From NCBI GenBank assembly GCA_002269645.1, contig NIVC01000571.1:186001-250000 (forward strand): a DNA stretch of 64,000 nucleotides. Reading direction: 5' to 3'. Both the position numbers and the translations under genes were made by a program. Position 1 is the first letter of the stretch; every line of letters starts with the position of its first letter. This DNA comes from Macrostomum lignano (taxonomy: Eukaryota). The notes under the pieces are model-generated. The model saw only the letters and a list, made by a program, of their open reading frames with translations. It made no database searches and was not told the origin of the DNA. Shown here piece after piece: positions 1 through 13,557 of the stretch.

Positions 1-1192
1 AAAATCCTACGCACAAGATTATGGTATAACTATAGAGCCAATCAATGGCGGGAGTCGGAGCAAGTGAGTAAACCCAGGCCGGAGAGCAGCTGATTCTTAT
101 AAAACCGCAACTCGTAAATAAGGTGTAAATAGTATAACAAATGTAAGTGACACAATTAAGTTGTCTGCGGCAAAAAAATTGTTTTTTTCTAAGATCCTGT
201 CTATTTGTCATTTGTATAATTAATAAGTTACTATTGTCTCTGATATATTCTGACATACGATATTTAATACAAATTTGTTAATCTCCTATTAATACCTATA
301 TACTTATTTTTATCACCTACGGGATCAATTAAATCGCTATACATCAAGTTCATACAATGCTTGTTTTTTAATTCCCTACTTAAATACTTTTTGCTTCCTT
401 AGTCGTTAAAGCTCGTTCGAAGTTTCGTAGAAAACTTTAGGCGCTCTTTCAAATGGGTATCGGTAATTCGGTTTACTAGTCATTTCGTCATCTGCCATTT
501 TGTCATCTGGGGTGTCTGGGATGATCACCTCGACTAGGGTCAGTTTGTCATCTTAATTAGCATGCACTACCTTAAGAGAGTCATTTCGTCATCCACCAAT
601 CATATTAGTTCTAACTTCCAAGTGAATTAATGTGGCAATTAAACATATTTACTAATTTTACTTGGAATCCTAATGATCCCAGTCATTTTGTCATCTCGAT
701 TGATAAAACCTGTCGATCGATCGGTTCTGCTTGCCGCAGCTTATAGTTAATAAAAACAAAAAATAGCTTTACACTAACTCGCATCTCACACAGATTGATT
801 GGTTGATGACGAAGTATCCAGCATAACTAAATATTTGGTCACTTCGTCATATAATTTTTAAGCTACTTTGTTTCTGGTCACTTCGTCATCTAATATGACG
901 AAATGGAATATGACCAGTGACTAGTAAGAATCCAGTCCATTTCGGCGACAAACATTTCAGCAACAGGTCAATTTGATGACAGTTTTTAAATAGTATTTTG
1001 AATGTATTCTTATCTCATAGCAACAAAAAAATTCAGAACTTACACACATTTACAACATTTGTTAAAATGTTATTAAAATGAATTATAGTGTAAAACTTTA
1101 CATTAAACTTTACAAGCTTTGTTAAAACTATGTTAAAACAATTTTTAATGTAAAACTTAATCAATGCGTTGACAGTATAATAAAACCTAGAC

Positions 1193-3591
1193 CAGTGTTG
1201 GGCAAGTTACTCAAAAAAAGTAACTTGCGTTACTGTAACTTAAGTTACCAATTTTTAAAAGGTAACTTACGTTAGCCTAGTAACTTTAGACAAAAATCTG
1301 GTAACTTTTAAGTTACTGTCCGTTACTCACTTCCGTTACCCATGTTATTAACAAAAATTTTCAGCTTTTTTTCACATTGCACATTTTTTCACATTGTTGT
1401 TACCGAAATTTGCCATTGGGCATTGGGATTAACCGATTAACAGACAGAGACAGGAATTGGCGACACGATGTGAGGCAAGTAGAAGGACCAATGGGCAATG
1501 GCAATCAATAATTAAAATTATAAATGATAAAATAAACGAATATCAATAATTCAATAGAGTAAAATAAATAGAACTGTATAAAATGGTGTAGTGTACTGCA
1601 GTGCCAGTGGAGGGACTTGTGGAGGCTACAGATGAATTTCTTTCTTTGGTTGTTTGTTTGAATCAAACTTGAAAAATTTTAGTAACGAAAATGAAAGGCG
1701 ACAATATTTTACCGAAATTAACAAAGTAAAACATGTTTCAAGTATTTCTTCATTAATTAAGCGCAATACCATATGATACTATTCACTTAATTTTGAATTT
1801 AGGAATGATACTATTCACTATTCACTATTCACTAATGATACTATGGTGCTGTATATGATACTATTCACTTAATTTTGAATTTAGGAATGATACTATTCAC
1901 TATTCACTATTCACTAATGATACTATGGTGCTGTATATGATACTATTCACTTAATTTTGAATTTAGGAATGAAACTATTCACTATTCACTATTCACTAAT
2001 GATACTATGGTGCTGTATATGATACTATTCACTTAATTTTGAATTTAGGAATGATACTATTCACTATTCACTATTCACTAATGATACTATGGTGCTGTAT
2101 ATGATACTATTCACTTAATTTTGAATTTAGGAATGATACTATTCACTATTCACTATTCACTAATGATACTATGGTGCTGTATATGATACTATTCACTTAA
2201 TTTTGAATTTAGGAATGAAACTATTCACTATTCACTATTCACTAATGATACTATGGTGCTGTATATGATACTATTCACTTAATTTTGAATTTAGGAATGA
2301 TACTATTCACTATTCACTATTCACTAATGATACTATGGCGCTGTATATGATACTATTCACTTAATTTTGAATTTAGGAATGATACTATTCACTATTCACT
2401 ATTCACTAATGATACTATGGCGCTGTATATGATACTATTCACTTAATTTTGAATTTAGGAATGATACTATTCACTATTCACTATTCACTAATGATACTAT
2501 GGTGCTGTATATGATACTATTCACTTAATTTTGAATTTAGGAATGAAACTATTCACTATTCACTATTCACTAATGATACTATGGTGCTGTATATGATACT
2601 ATTCACTTAATTTTGAATTTAGGAATGATACTATTCACTATTCACTATTCACTAATGATACTATGGTGCTGTATATGATACTATTCACTTAATTTTGAAT
2701 TTAGGAATGAAACTATTCACTATTCACTATTCACTAATGATACTATGGTGCTGTATATGATACTATTCACTTAATTTTGAATTTAGGAATGATACTATTC
2801 ACTATTCACTATTCACTAATGATACTATGGTGCTGTATATGATACTATTCACTTAATTTTGAATTTAGGAATGATACTATTCACTATTCACTATTCACTA
2901 ATGATACTATGGTGCTGTATATGATACTATTCACTTAATTTTGAATTTAGGAATGATACTATTCACTATTCACTATTCACTAATGATACTATGGTGCTGT
3001 ATATGATACTATTCACTTAATTTTGAATTTAGGAATGATACTATTCACTATTCACTATTCACTAATGATACTATGGCGCTGTATATGATACTATTCACTT
3101 AATTTTGAATTTAGGAATGATACTATTCACTATTCACTATTCACTAATGATACTATGGTGCTGTATATGATACTATTCACTTAATTTTGAATTTAGGAAT
3201 GATACTATTCACTATTCACTATTCACTAATGATACTATGGCGCTGTATATGATACTATTCACTTAATTTTGAATTTAGGAATGATACTATTCACTATTCA
3301 CTATTCACTAATGATACTATGGCGCTGTATATGATACTATTCACTTAATTTTGAATTTAGGAATGAAAAATGCAAAAACATGTGACAACCGGCGTAATAG
3401 CTAAGCATTTCAGTTTTAAATTTAAATATTGCGATTGTTGCAAAGTAACTGTAACGGACTTCTGAAATTTGAGTAACTTACCGTTACTCCGTTACCAAAA
3501 TAGGAAAGTAACTTGCGTAAGGAACGCTTCACGAAAAAGTAACTTGCGTTACCATTTGCAAGTTACTCGGTAACGGAAGTGCCCAACACTG
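1193..3591. mobile_element. Non-autonomous hAT-type DNA transposon (~2.4 kb) carrying an internal tandem array
   Basis: Perfect 12-bp TIRs CAGTGTTGGGCA (1193-1204) / TGCCCAACACTG (3580-3591). Perfect 8-bp target-site duplication ACCTAGAC (1185-1192, 3592-3599). Many GTTAC/GTAAC subterminal motifs at both ends. No transposase ORF. Confidence 0.92.
1771..3366. repeat. 82-bp tandem array, ~19.5 near-identical copies, inside the hAT element
   Basis: AGGAATGA recurs at 1801, 1883 and onward (period 82). The unit contains an internal (CTATTCA)3. Only two variant sites are evident (AATGAtACT/AATGAaACT, GGtGCT/GGcGCT). Confidence 0.95.
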
Positions 3592-5498
3592 ACCTAGACA
3601 CTGATGAATGCTTGGACACCAAAAGTACAGTAAAATGAATGAATTACAAGAAGAAATTAATGTTCTTAAGAAACAAGAAAAAAGCTTGTAGAGGACTTTA
3701 AATGTTAATCCATTGAATTACAATTTGTGTATGATGTTTACTCTTCCATGGCCACAGGGGCATTCATGCCATTGCATGCAAGCAGCAATGCCTTAAGAGT
3801 TCTGGTGCCAGCTTCGTACTCCGCCCAGAGGAAGATACTTGTTATTTTTCTATTAGGCCTGTATTTGTTGCCAAAATGATTGTTGCCGAATTGCTTGTTG
3901 ATAAAATGGGTGTCGCCAAAATGGATAGGTTACCACTAGTAATTCATGGCCTGGCCTGTCCCAGGTGGCCCCTATTTAACTGATGTAAATCTATTTTAGT
4001 AAATTAGTAAAAAAAATACTGACCAGAATGCCACATATTTTTAAAGTCAATTATGAGTTTACTATGTTGTAAAATATTGATTGTCAATTTAATGAATTTC
4101 TGATACTCTATTCTTTAAATTAAGTTAAAAACTAAAGTAACAATGCTGTGGTCCTAGGCTAGGCTGGGCTGCAAAATACCAAGACCTCTTTTAAATACTA
4201 TATTATTGCAAAGCTCTTGCAATAATCTACTCTTAAATTTTAATTAAATACACTGATGTATACTAGCTAAACAGGCTTCTTGCCTAAGATAAACTTACTA
4301 CTACTATTACTACTAATACTACTACTACTGCTATAACTATAATATTTATGCATTTATATCCTTCTATAGTTGTAGCCCCCTAGGCACTCTTTCTAGTTTC
4401 AGATTTCCTAGTTATGATTAACTTGACGTAATATAGTATAGCTACTACTACAGGCCAGGCATACAGTCTAAAATTTTTTATTTGTATATCTGTTATAGAA
4501 CATAAACCTGACTATCTATTGCAGCTATCTATGTAGTGGCTATCTATATAGTGACCTTATCTACTACCTAGGCTAGGCCTATTCGATCAAATTTCATATA
4601 TGTCATGATATGAGCATATATAGGTCTATGCATATTCTAGTCTCAAGTCTAGATGTCAAGGCTTATGGGAGAATACAACAGCTACCAGACAAAGAGTTAG
4701 ACATTTTGGCAAAAGCTAAATATGAGTATGAGATTAAGAATAAGTCTTGATTTAACAAACAATTTATATAATTTTTCATTTATTCCAAAGTTAAAATAGA
4801 CTATATAAATAAAATCACAAAGATGATCATTTTTTACTTAAATACTATAATGAAAATAAAAGTCTGCAGCCATGCACTTCATTAGAGCAGTTAGAAAATG
4901 TATCAATTTTCAATTCAATAAGTCAATATAAAATATATTAATATTGTATAATAAAGAGGTTATAAAGTAATTAGACTATTGAAGTATCAAGCAGCAGCTG
5001 CTTCTTTATTTTGTTAAAATAATCTATTTTGAAGAATTCTGCAAACTAATTTTTGGACTGTATTATATGGACTTAGACCCAAACCAATATCCAATCTAGA
5101 ACTTTTTATTGATTTTAATACTTTAAATTTCAAGTTTGCTTAAAGTCCATAAAATGGATAGCCCATTCCATAAATTAGCAAATATCAAAATGACAATTAG
5201 TCCAGGTCCAAGCTGAGGCCATAAATTAGTTATACTGGAAAATTTTCCAAAATGGCCTAACATTGTCTTGAAGTGACTATTGCCAAAACATCTTGTCGCC
5301 AAAGTGTCTATCACCAAAATGTCTTGTCGCCAAGGTGACTGGTAGCCATTGCAATGATTTCAGCTTGGGCAAATTGCTAAGATAACAAGGCTTAAGTAGA
5401 ATTGCTAAGATGGTCAGACTTAGGCCTTGGGGGATTTCTCATTGTTAAGATAAGATGGCAAGGCTTATGCTTGCCTATGGAGAATTGCTAGGCCTAGG

Positions 5499-5888
5499 CT
5501 GGTTTTACAGGCCATTTGGGGTTTTTTGGCCCCTTGAAAATCTCATTAGCAACTGGATTTTTGGTACAAGGTATCAGAGGCCAATCTGGCAACTCCATTT
5601 TCCCTGTGCCAGTTGCAAATTTCAAAGAATGATTTTGTAAGTATAATAAAAGTGCCATATGAATCAATATGATAGAATTGTTATTTTGTTATTGTTTGCA
5701 GCATAGATAGCACTCTTAATAGTTGAAAAAACAAATTTCTGCTTCTCAAATGTAGCCTTGGAAATATCTATCCTCAAGAGTTTTGCTAGTTTCTAGTTGC
5801 CAATAAGCAACTAAAAATAGCCATTGGCAACTGGATTTTAAGCCCCAAGGCCAGCTGGCAATTGTATTTCCAATCTTAAAAAACCTAG
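5499..5888 (+). mobile_element. ~380-bp MITE family A, copy 1
   Basis: Aligns by eye along its length with the inverted copy at 7434-7814 and the split copy at 36103-38505. Ends CTGGTTTT / AAAAAACCTAG. TSD not clean for this copy. Confidence 0.75.
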
Positions 5889-6224
5889 CCAGGCACCTAA
5901 AGTTAAATATATCTAGGCTTAAGGAAACACTAAAATATCAAGGCTTAAAAAATGGATAAATTGCTAAGAAATCAAAGTTTATAAGGAGAATTGCTAAGAT
6001 GTCAAACCTAGAGATTGGACAATAGGCCTATTGCATTTTTGGGGTTTCTGAGACAGTCTTAAGAATTAACCCTTCAAACTTATGTTGTTAAGACTAGTCT
6101 TAATGCTTTTGAGAAATGACTAACAGAGAATTGAGATTTGATCAAAATTAAGCCTAATTAGTATCTAGTAGGCCTAAACCTATTTTATAATTTACATAAT
6201 TTTATCAGGTGCTAATGTCGTAGA

Positions 6225-6790
6225 GGAGACTTCCTTCTTAATAATATCCCACTGCTATTACCAAAGTTGTGCTAGGCCTTTCAGCTCTCTCTAGAAAATC
6301 CCACCGCTGAGTCACCAAAGTTGTGGTAAGGGGTTTTCTTGTAGAATATTAGATCCCACTGCTGCCACCAAAGTTGTCATAGGGGAGACTTACTTCTTAA
6401 TAATATCCCACTGCTGTTACCAAAGTTGTGCTAGGCCTTTCAGCTCTCTCTAGAAAATCCCACCACTGCCACCAAGTTGTAACAGGCATTTTGGCTCTCT
6501 ATAAAATTCCACCGTTATGCTACCAAAGTTGTAACAGGGCTTTTTCTTCTGTCCTCCAACTAACTTCACTAACTGCCACCAAGTTTTTACAGGGGTTATT
6601 CCTATAGTTATCCTGATTATACTTGTTTTTACTCCCTAACTATTTCTTAGAATTTCATTTAAATATTTCTAGGTAGCGTTCTTAGTAGCATTTCTGGTAG
6701 CGTTCTAGTAGCTTATGGCTTGCTTTCTGGTAGTGTTCTGGTAGCTTATGGCTTGCTTTCTGGTAGCATTCTGGTAGCTTATGGCCTGAG
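6225..6790. repeat. Degenerate local direct repeats
   Basis: An ~80-bp block (GGAGACTT..CTTAATAATATCCCACTGCT..ACCAAAGTTGTGCTAGGCCTTTCAGCTCTCTCTAGAAAATCCCACC) occurs at ~6225 and ~6385, with further CCACT..CCAAAGTTGT partial units. TTCTGGTAGC..CT.GTAGCTTATGGC occurs three times at ~6690-6790. Confidence 0.7.
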
Positions 6791-7433
6791 CGGTCTATAG
6801 TACTGGTATATGTATTAGTGAATAGTCCTAATCGGGCGTTACTGAGACTAGAGGGTCACGGTGCCTCTCGTAATACTTCTGCAAATTATTCCCCGATTCC
6901 CTTTTCTTAGCAAATCTCTTCGAATTGTTTCTTTTGTTTGTTTTGTTTCTCTTCGACTTTGCAAATGAATAAGTCACTATTCAACTCGAAAGACTTTACA
7001 AGGTTTAGATTGAACTGCTTATTTTGTTTGCAATCTTGCTCACAGGTAAAAGACAGTTGGTTTATTTGCTACAAAATTGCTTCTATATATAGTGGTTTCT
7101 CCCCATACAATTAAAACAAAAAAAATAATTCCCCAATTTATTTCGCGCAGTGAAACAAAATATTCGGTACAGTAAAACAAAATATTTATCTAGTATTTCG
7201 CACGAGTTTGGTTTCTAAGAAAACATACCTTTATTGCTCAAAATTCGTACAGTATTGAAGCACTACTACACTAACCAATTTGGCAATAATGCTAATATTA
7301 TTATTTGTTAAATGTGTTAAATAAGATATACAATGATGATAGTAGAAAAAAATTAATATATGATAGGCCCTATTGAGCTTGTTAATATTAGTAACTTGAT
7401 ATATATTAAATATAAATATTATAATATTACAAT

Positions 7434-7814
7434 CTAGGTTTTTTAAGGTTGGAAATCCAGTTGCTAGCTGGCCCTTGGGGCTCAAAATCCAGTTGCCAAT
7501 GGCTATTTTTGGTTGCCCATTAGCATTTGCTACTAGCCAAATTCTTGAGGATAGATATTTTCAAGGCTATGTTTAAAAAACAGAAATTTGTTCTTTTAAC
7601 TCTAAGATTGCTATCTATATTGCAAATAATAACAAACTAACAATTCCATCATATTGATTCATATGGCACTTTTATTATATTTACAAAATCAATTTTTGAA
7701 ATTGGCAACTGGTACAGGGAAAATGAAGTTGCCAGATTGGCCTCTGATAACAAAAATTTAGTTGCCAAAGAGATTTTCAAGGGGCCAAAAATCCCATATG
7801 GCCCAAAAACCCAG
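7434..7814 (-). mobile_element. ~380-bp MITE family A, copy 2 (inverted), hAT-like
   Basis: Reverse complement of 5499-5888. Short TIR CTAGGTTTTT / AAAAACCCAG. 8-bp TSD ATTACAAT (7426-7433) / ATTATAAT (7815-7822), 7/8 match. Confidence 0.8.
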
Positions 7815-8499
7815 ATTATAATTATAGTTACTTAAAGTCACATAGTTACAAATCTTGACTTTTTGGAAATCTTGAAACTGAGATTGAGATTGAAAAAAGT
7901 GCCAAGATCTTGACAATTAGGATTAAAATTGAGATCTTGTTTGACCCTTAGTCAAAGCTTGAAAGTGATAATTAAGATGGCAAGGCTTATGAGAGAATTA
8001 TTGAGATATCAAAACTTAGGGGATAGGAATTGCAACATTCCTTTGGTTTATGATCACCTCAAACAAAGACAATCACTACTTAAAATAGTTGTAAGACATA
8101 AAAACTGACAAAGGTGAAAGTATGTTGAGTATATTGAGCATGTTATATTTAATGATGCATTATTTTGATTATAAAAGGGGTTGCAAACATAAAAAATGAT
8201 GCAAGTGAATAAATTAAGGTCGCCTAAAAAAGGTTAAGAACCACTGATCTAAACTGCACCAGATACCCCCCTTTCCTATACCTAATTGTGCTAGCTTTCT
8301 AGAGTATATCTGCACTACTAAGGGCTCATGCTAGACATTATTTTCAATAATGGCCATTTGCCATAATAGAAAGGCATAGCAAAAAGAAATGATTAATAAT
8401 AAAAGATTATTACACTTAACACTAGTTACACTAGGCCTGTTTGCTATCCATGAAATATTTGCTAGACTTGCTAGGGTTGCTATCTAATCTATTCTAGGG

Positions 8500-8890
8500 A
8501 TATTTGCTATTAGGGAATATTTACTATTTGGGGTGCATACTATCAAAAGAGATACTTTGCTATTTAGAAATACTTGCTATTTGGAATGTGCTTGCTATCT
8601 AATTTGCTTGCGATTAGTAAAGATGCTTTGCTATTTAGGGATGCTTGCTATTTGGGAGTTGCTTGCTATTTAAGGACGCTTGCTATTTACAAGATGTTTG
8701 CTAATAAGGAGATGCTTGCTATTTAGTTAAAGGATGCTTGCTATCTAGGAGATGCTTTAATAGATTTTTGCTATTTGGGATTGCTTGCTTTTGGGAGATG
8801 CTTGCTATTTGGGGGATATTTGTTGTCTGGGAGATGTTTTCTATTTAGGAAAAGTGCCCACTATTTTTATGAAGGCTTGCTATTTTTGTT
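8500..8890. repeat. Degenerate ~19-20-bp tandem array (GATGCTTGCTATTT core)
   Basis: TTGCTATTT or close variants recur about every 20 bp. Confidence 0.7.
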
Positions 8891-10696
8891 GTATCCTTGT
8901 GTTTTTGAAAAAAAAGAGATTTATAATAAACATCTTTGTCTAACAATTTTACTTGAATAAGGTAATAATTTTTCTTCTTCACTTATTGGCCACCTTAAAT
9001 GGGGACTTTAGATTGCTGAGATATCAGGTAGGCTTTCTGGGGGAATGGCTAAAATGGTAAGGCTTATTAAAAATGCTCAAAGTTCAAGGTTCACTGGAAG
9101 AATTGCTAAGATTTCAAGGCTTACTAGGGGGTTTCTAAGATGTTAAGGCTTAGTGGGAGAATTGTTGAGATATCAAGGCTTAACAAGGGGAATTACTAAG
9201 ATATCAAGCTTGAGGTCTAAAGCTACTTACATATAGTTTTTTTCATTTTTTTAATTCTGAACAATTTTATTTAAGTAAAGGTGATTTACTAAACTAAATT
9301 AAGAATGCTTTTAATTTTTTTCATTTTAAAGGATTCTCATAAATAATTTTCATTCTTTGCTTATTGGGCATCCTAAAAGGGGGCACTAGATTGCTTGTAG
9401 AATCTAAGACTATACAAAAACTTAAGTATCAATTTATATAAATTATCTTAATAACTTTTTTTAATTAGATGTATGGATTATACAAAGCATTTAATTCAAA
9501 TAATAAAGAAGTAATAGCAAATTATTTTTAAGACGAAAGGAAAGAAGTCTATTATAGTTAAGTTAACACTATTTATCTAACCTCACCTTTTATGATTTTT
9601 AGCTATTTGCCAAAGATCAAAGTCAAATAGTAGTTACAAGGGTAATACTTTAGATAAGAAGGACATTAAAGACTGCCATCAAAAACCAAAAGAAAATAAT
9701 TTCTAAGAATGCTTGCTATAGACCTATTTTTTTGATAAATTAAATTAAGTGTGTAAATCATTAATTGTATACCTTATGTATTGAGGAACTTTTGGTTTTT
9801 AATTGCAATTTATACTGAGTTTTTCTAGGGTAACTCTTAAGTTTTTGGGGTTTAGGACTAAAGCAATAGATTTTTCACTTTAAGTGCACATTGTGTAAAT
9901 AGAATATATAGAAGGCTAAAGTCAAAATTAATATTTTAATTTTTAATGCAAATGGAGCTCTTAAGTCCTTAAGGTTAGATACTCTAGTAACAGAGCCATG
10001 TGCACATTGCACATATAAAGTGATAAAGGCTAAATTTAAGGTTAATGTTTAAATTCTCACTTCAAAAAGAGCTCCTAAGTCCCTAGATTTAGGAACTCAC
10101 AATAAAAATTTATAGTACTATGTGCACATTGTAATCTATTAATCTATATAACCCCTATTAATCTAGGTAATAGGGGTTAAAGTTATAAATATATTTTTTC
10201 AATACAAAGGCCTAAAGTAGTCCTTAATCTCTATAGTCAAGGACTCAAGCAATATATTTTCTATGCCACATATGCATTTTTGGTTAGTATAGTAAGGGTT
10301 GAAGTTAGGATAAATGTAATATTAGCCATTCTTCTTATGCAATAAGAAGCATTCTTCTTGTGCATTCTTCTTGTGTATTCTTATGTGATATATTAAAATT
10401 ATACTATTGCCATTGGATTTAGTATCATTAAAAGTTATTGGAAGTTATTAGAAATCAATTAACTATAGGTAGATAAGATAGAACCATTATAGATAGACTA
10501 TGAGAAAAATTATGACTATAAATATAGTAAAGCTATAGAAAGCAAGGCAAATGCACTTATTAACAATAAAGAGCTAGCATTAGTCAAAGCTGGCATTAAT
10601 ATATAAGAGCAAGCAAGCAATACTATGTTTATTTCATAGCCTCATCATACAAAGAAAAAGTATGCTCAGAGTCCCATCCTAACCTAATCAACCCTA

Positions 10697-10956
10697 AGAC
10701 TCTTCACATTACCAATTCCAGAACCAGAATCAGTTCGGATCTTCCAAGAAAAACAGCAGTATAACTATTTAACTCTGTTGATATTTGACTGCCTTTAACA
10801 GCCTTACTTTGCAAAATTTTTAACTTTCTTCTTGGCAATTTTCATTCAATAATTAAGAGTTTATAGCAGGTATATCCCACTAGTTAAGGAGACAAAAAAT
10901 TATACTTTACAAATTGGTTCTGGTTCTAGAACCAGAACAAGCAATATGAAGAGCCT
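10697..10956 (-). mobile_element. ~260-bp MITE family B, copy 1
   Basis: Reverse complement of 59831-60102. Degenerate TIR AGACTCTTCACAT / ATATGAAGAGCCT. Flanks CCCTA (10692-10696) / CCCTT (10957-10961), a 4/5 match consistent with a 5-bp TSD. Confidence 0.75.
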
Positions 10957-11439
10957 CCCTTACTAGCCAATCATAAAGCAGAGTTAGCCAATCATTGCTT
11001 CATAAATAGAGCCAATTATTTTGGAGGCTAAAAAACAATAAAAATAGGGCTTAAGCTAATTGGCTTAGGTGTACTTATCATATATGTAAGGGTGATTCAA
11101 ATGAACAAAAACAAAGAATGAAATATATTGGATGACTCAACAAACCTTGTAGGTAAAATGCATTTGTAGTTCAAGAGTGCCCAGTACAATAGTAGTTCTA
11201 AATGAACATTGACTGCAAAAACCAATGTGTTTCAACCCACTAGGGCCATGATCAAGGTATATTATTTATCAATCAACCAAACACTTAATATAAATAAACA
11301 ATTGTACTATATAGTGTCAAATTGAAAATGGAAGATAAAAAATATACAAAAGAACATAAAAAACTGAGGGTTGAAGTTAAGCAAGAAGAGAGAGTGAGAG
11401 AAGGAAAAATAAAATGTACATGCAAAGAACTGGTCAATC

Positions 11440-12080
11440 TCAAAACACCCTAAGAAGGTGACCCGCACCACTATGCAACAGCTGCACATAGAGGCTTGGG
11501 TTTTGAGCCTTGAAATGCAGTGCTTGCAGAATGCCAAGCTTGAATTCAGAATTGGAACAATCAATAATCTTAAAAGCTCAATCTGTTCTCTGTCACAGCA
11601 GCTCTTGCACTCCAGAAGGTGGTCCTAGATTGCAGATTTCTTTAGCCAATGCTTCCTAACATTGGTGCCTTTTGGTTTTTCCCATGTATAAGATATTCTG
11701 ATCATCAGAACAACAAAATTTATACATAACACCTGCAGCCAAAGCATGAGGAACATAGGACTTGAGCTTGCTAACAAATTGACCCACATTGACTAAATGC
11801 AAAAACAATCCTAATTAATACAAGGATTGAAATATATCCTCAAAGTGTAGTGTTCCACGAACGTAGTGTTCCACTATTTCCAAAAATATCTCTCAAGTTT
11901 CTTTTTCAACAAGTTAGATAGGATACCATTGAAAGACAAGATCATTATAGGGTCATCCAGCTTTTCACCATGATTCTGCTGCAACCTGCTAGTAACCTGC
12001 TAGTAAAACAACTAATGAAATTGTTAGGGTATCCATTCATGCTGAAAATCCTCTAATCAAATTGTTCACCTCTTTATCAA
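11440..12080 (-). mobile_element. Decayed Penelope-like retroelement fragment (RT C-terminus/linker + GIY-YIG endonuclease)
   Basis: Minus-strand pieces across stops and frameshifts: FDKEVNNL / IFSMNGYPNNFI (NGYP motif), FNGILSNLLKKKLERYF, IRIVF, then KSYVPHALAAGVMYKFCC..IYTWE..KSAI*DHLLECKSC. This is the order seen in Penelope-like elements. Confidence 0.8.
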
Positions 12081-13557
12081 ATGTGGATTCACCTCTTTAT
12101 CAAAGGAAAAATTGTAGTCAATGTTGATTTTAAGCTTTATTTATTTGCTATTAATTAAGCGAGCAACTCTACCACAATAGTAGTTCTATCTGGCATGTAC
12201 CAATTGATACAAATTACACATGACTTGGTTAACTTAGTCAATCCAAACAGTCATGATTGCTTACCTTTTAGGCTTTTTTGTTATATATTTTAATTGTTTA
12301 AACAATGTTATCAAGTATAAAAGATAGAGAATTGGGTCATTACTAGTCATTAATTTTACCAGAGTAAGCAAGTAGCTCCTAGGTTCCTACTTGTACTTTT
12401 ATTACTCGACCTTTCAAGTATTGTATCGTAAAATATATTTCATAGATTGTATTGAATTCACTTACATTATAGATGAAAAAATTAGTATCAATAGTTATAG
12501 TATTTTAAATGCACTTTTGAACAGTTTTTAAAGAATTCGATATTAAAAATATGTTGACTTTCTATTAAGTAAAAGTAATTTGATGGCAACTGTTTTGTGT
12601 AGTATTGATATGATCTGCCTCAGACTGAATAGTTGATATATACTATTAGATATAAATTAGTATATGGATTTATTTATTCATAAATATCTATTCTGTTGTG
12701 ATTAAAATAAAGACATAAACATTTTGATTTAAACTCATATATAACACAATGGACCATATTGACTAAATAGATTATGATCTTTAAATTGTTTTTATTAGAC
12801 TTGATACTGAAATTTTTACTGAAATGGCAATCTAATTTCATTTATTTCAAAATAATTTGCATTTTCTCATTTACCTACTATAGCTTTATTAGATAAGCTT
12901 TTATTTATAAGCATTGGTATCTTTGAAAGTAGTATAGTTAGCACATCAGTTCTAATACAAACCAAAACTGTCTAACAATAATTTATTTAAGGCTTTCAAT
13001 TGAATACAGGCATAGTTATGGCATAGCAATAAAGCAAAGACAAGCTGCTATGCCTGTATAGCAGCCATCTTTTAATTTTTGCTCAACTATGATTTCATCA
13101 ATACTATTTAATAAACAGTGGTGTTGTAAATAAATTTTCTTTGAAAACATTTCATTCATACCAAAGCACAAGTGCAAGGATATTGTCAATGGCCTCCTAA
13201 TGTTGAGACAATGGTTAAAATGGGATTTTATTGTAGCTAGTTACTGGGCATAAAACTGACTGCTTCAGTACAATGCAGCACACATTGTTTTTAAATTGCA
13301 ATGAACAACAATAAAAGTTTATATACTGGGGTCAATGAGTGTTATATACTGGGATGCATGCTCGCAATATCGATAGGAAATGGTGTGAATTTTAGTCATA
13401 TAGTTTTTGTGCATATTTACTTGAAAATACTTGTTGGTCGTGATTTTTTATGCTTTTATAATACTACTAAATAAAGTACCGACTTCAGAGGTTTAAGTTT
13501 TTTGTGTCAGAAAATAGTAGAACATAAAAGCCGACCAACTCAGTATTGTCCAGATGC

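Noticed and set aside
3640-3840. Possible coiled-coil plus RING-like relic (C.*C..H..H..C...C)
   Set aside because: Spacing does not fit a RING and the frame is broken. Chance cannot be excluded.
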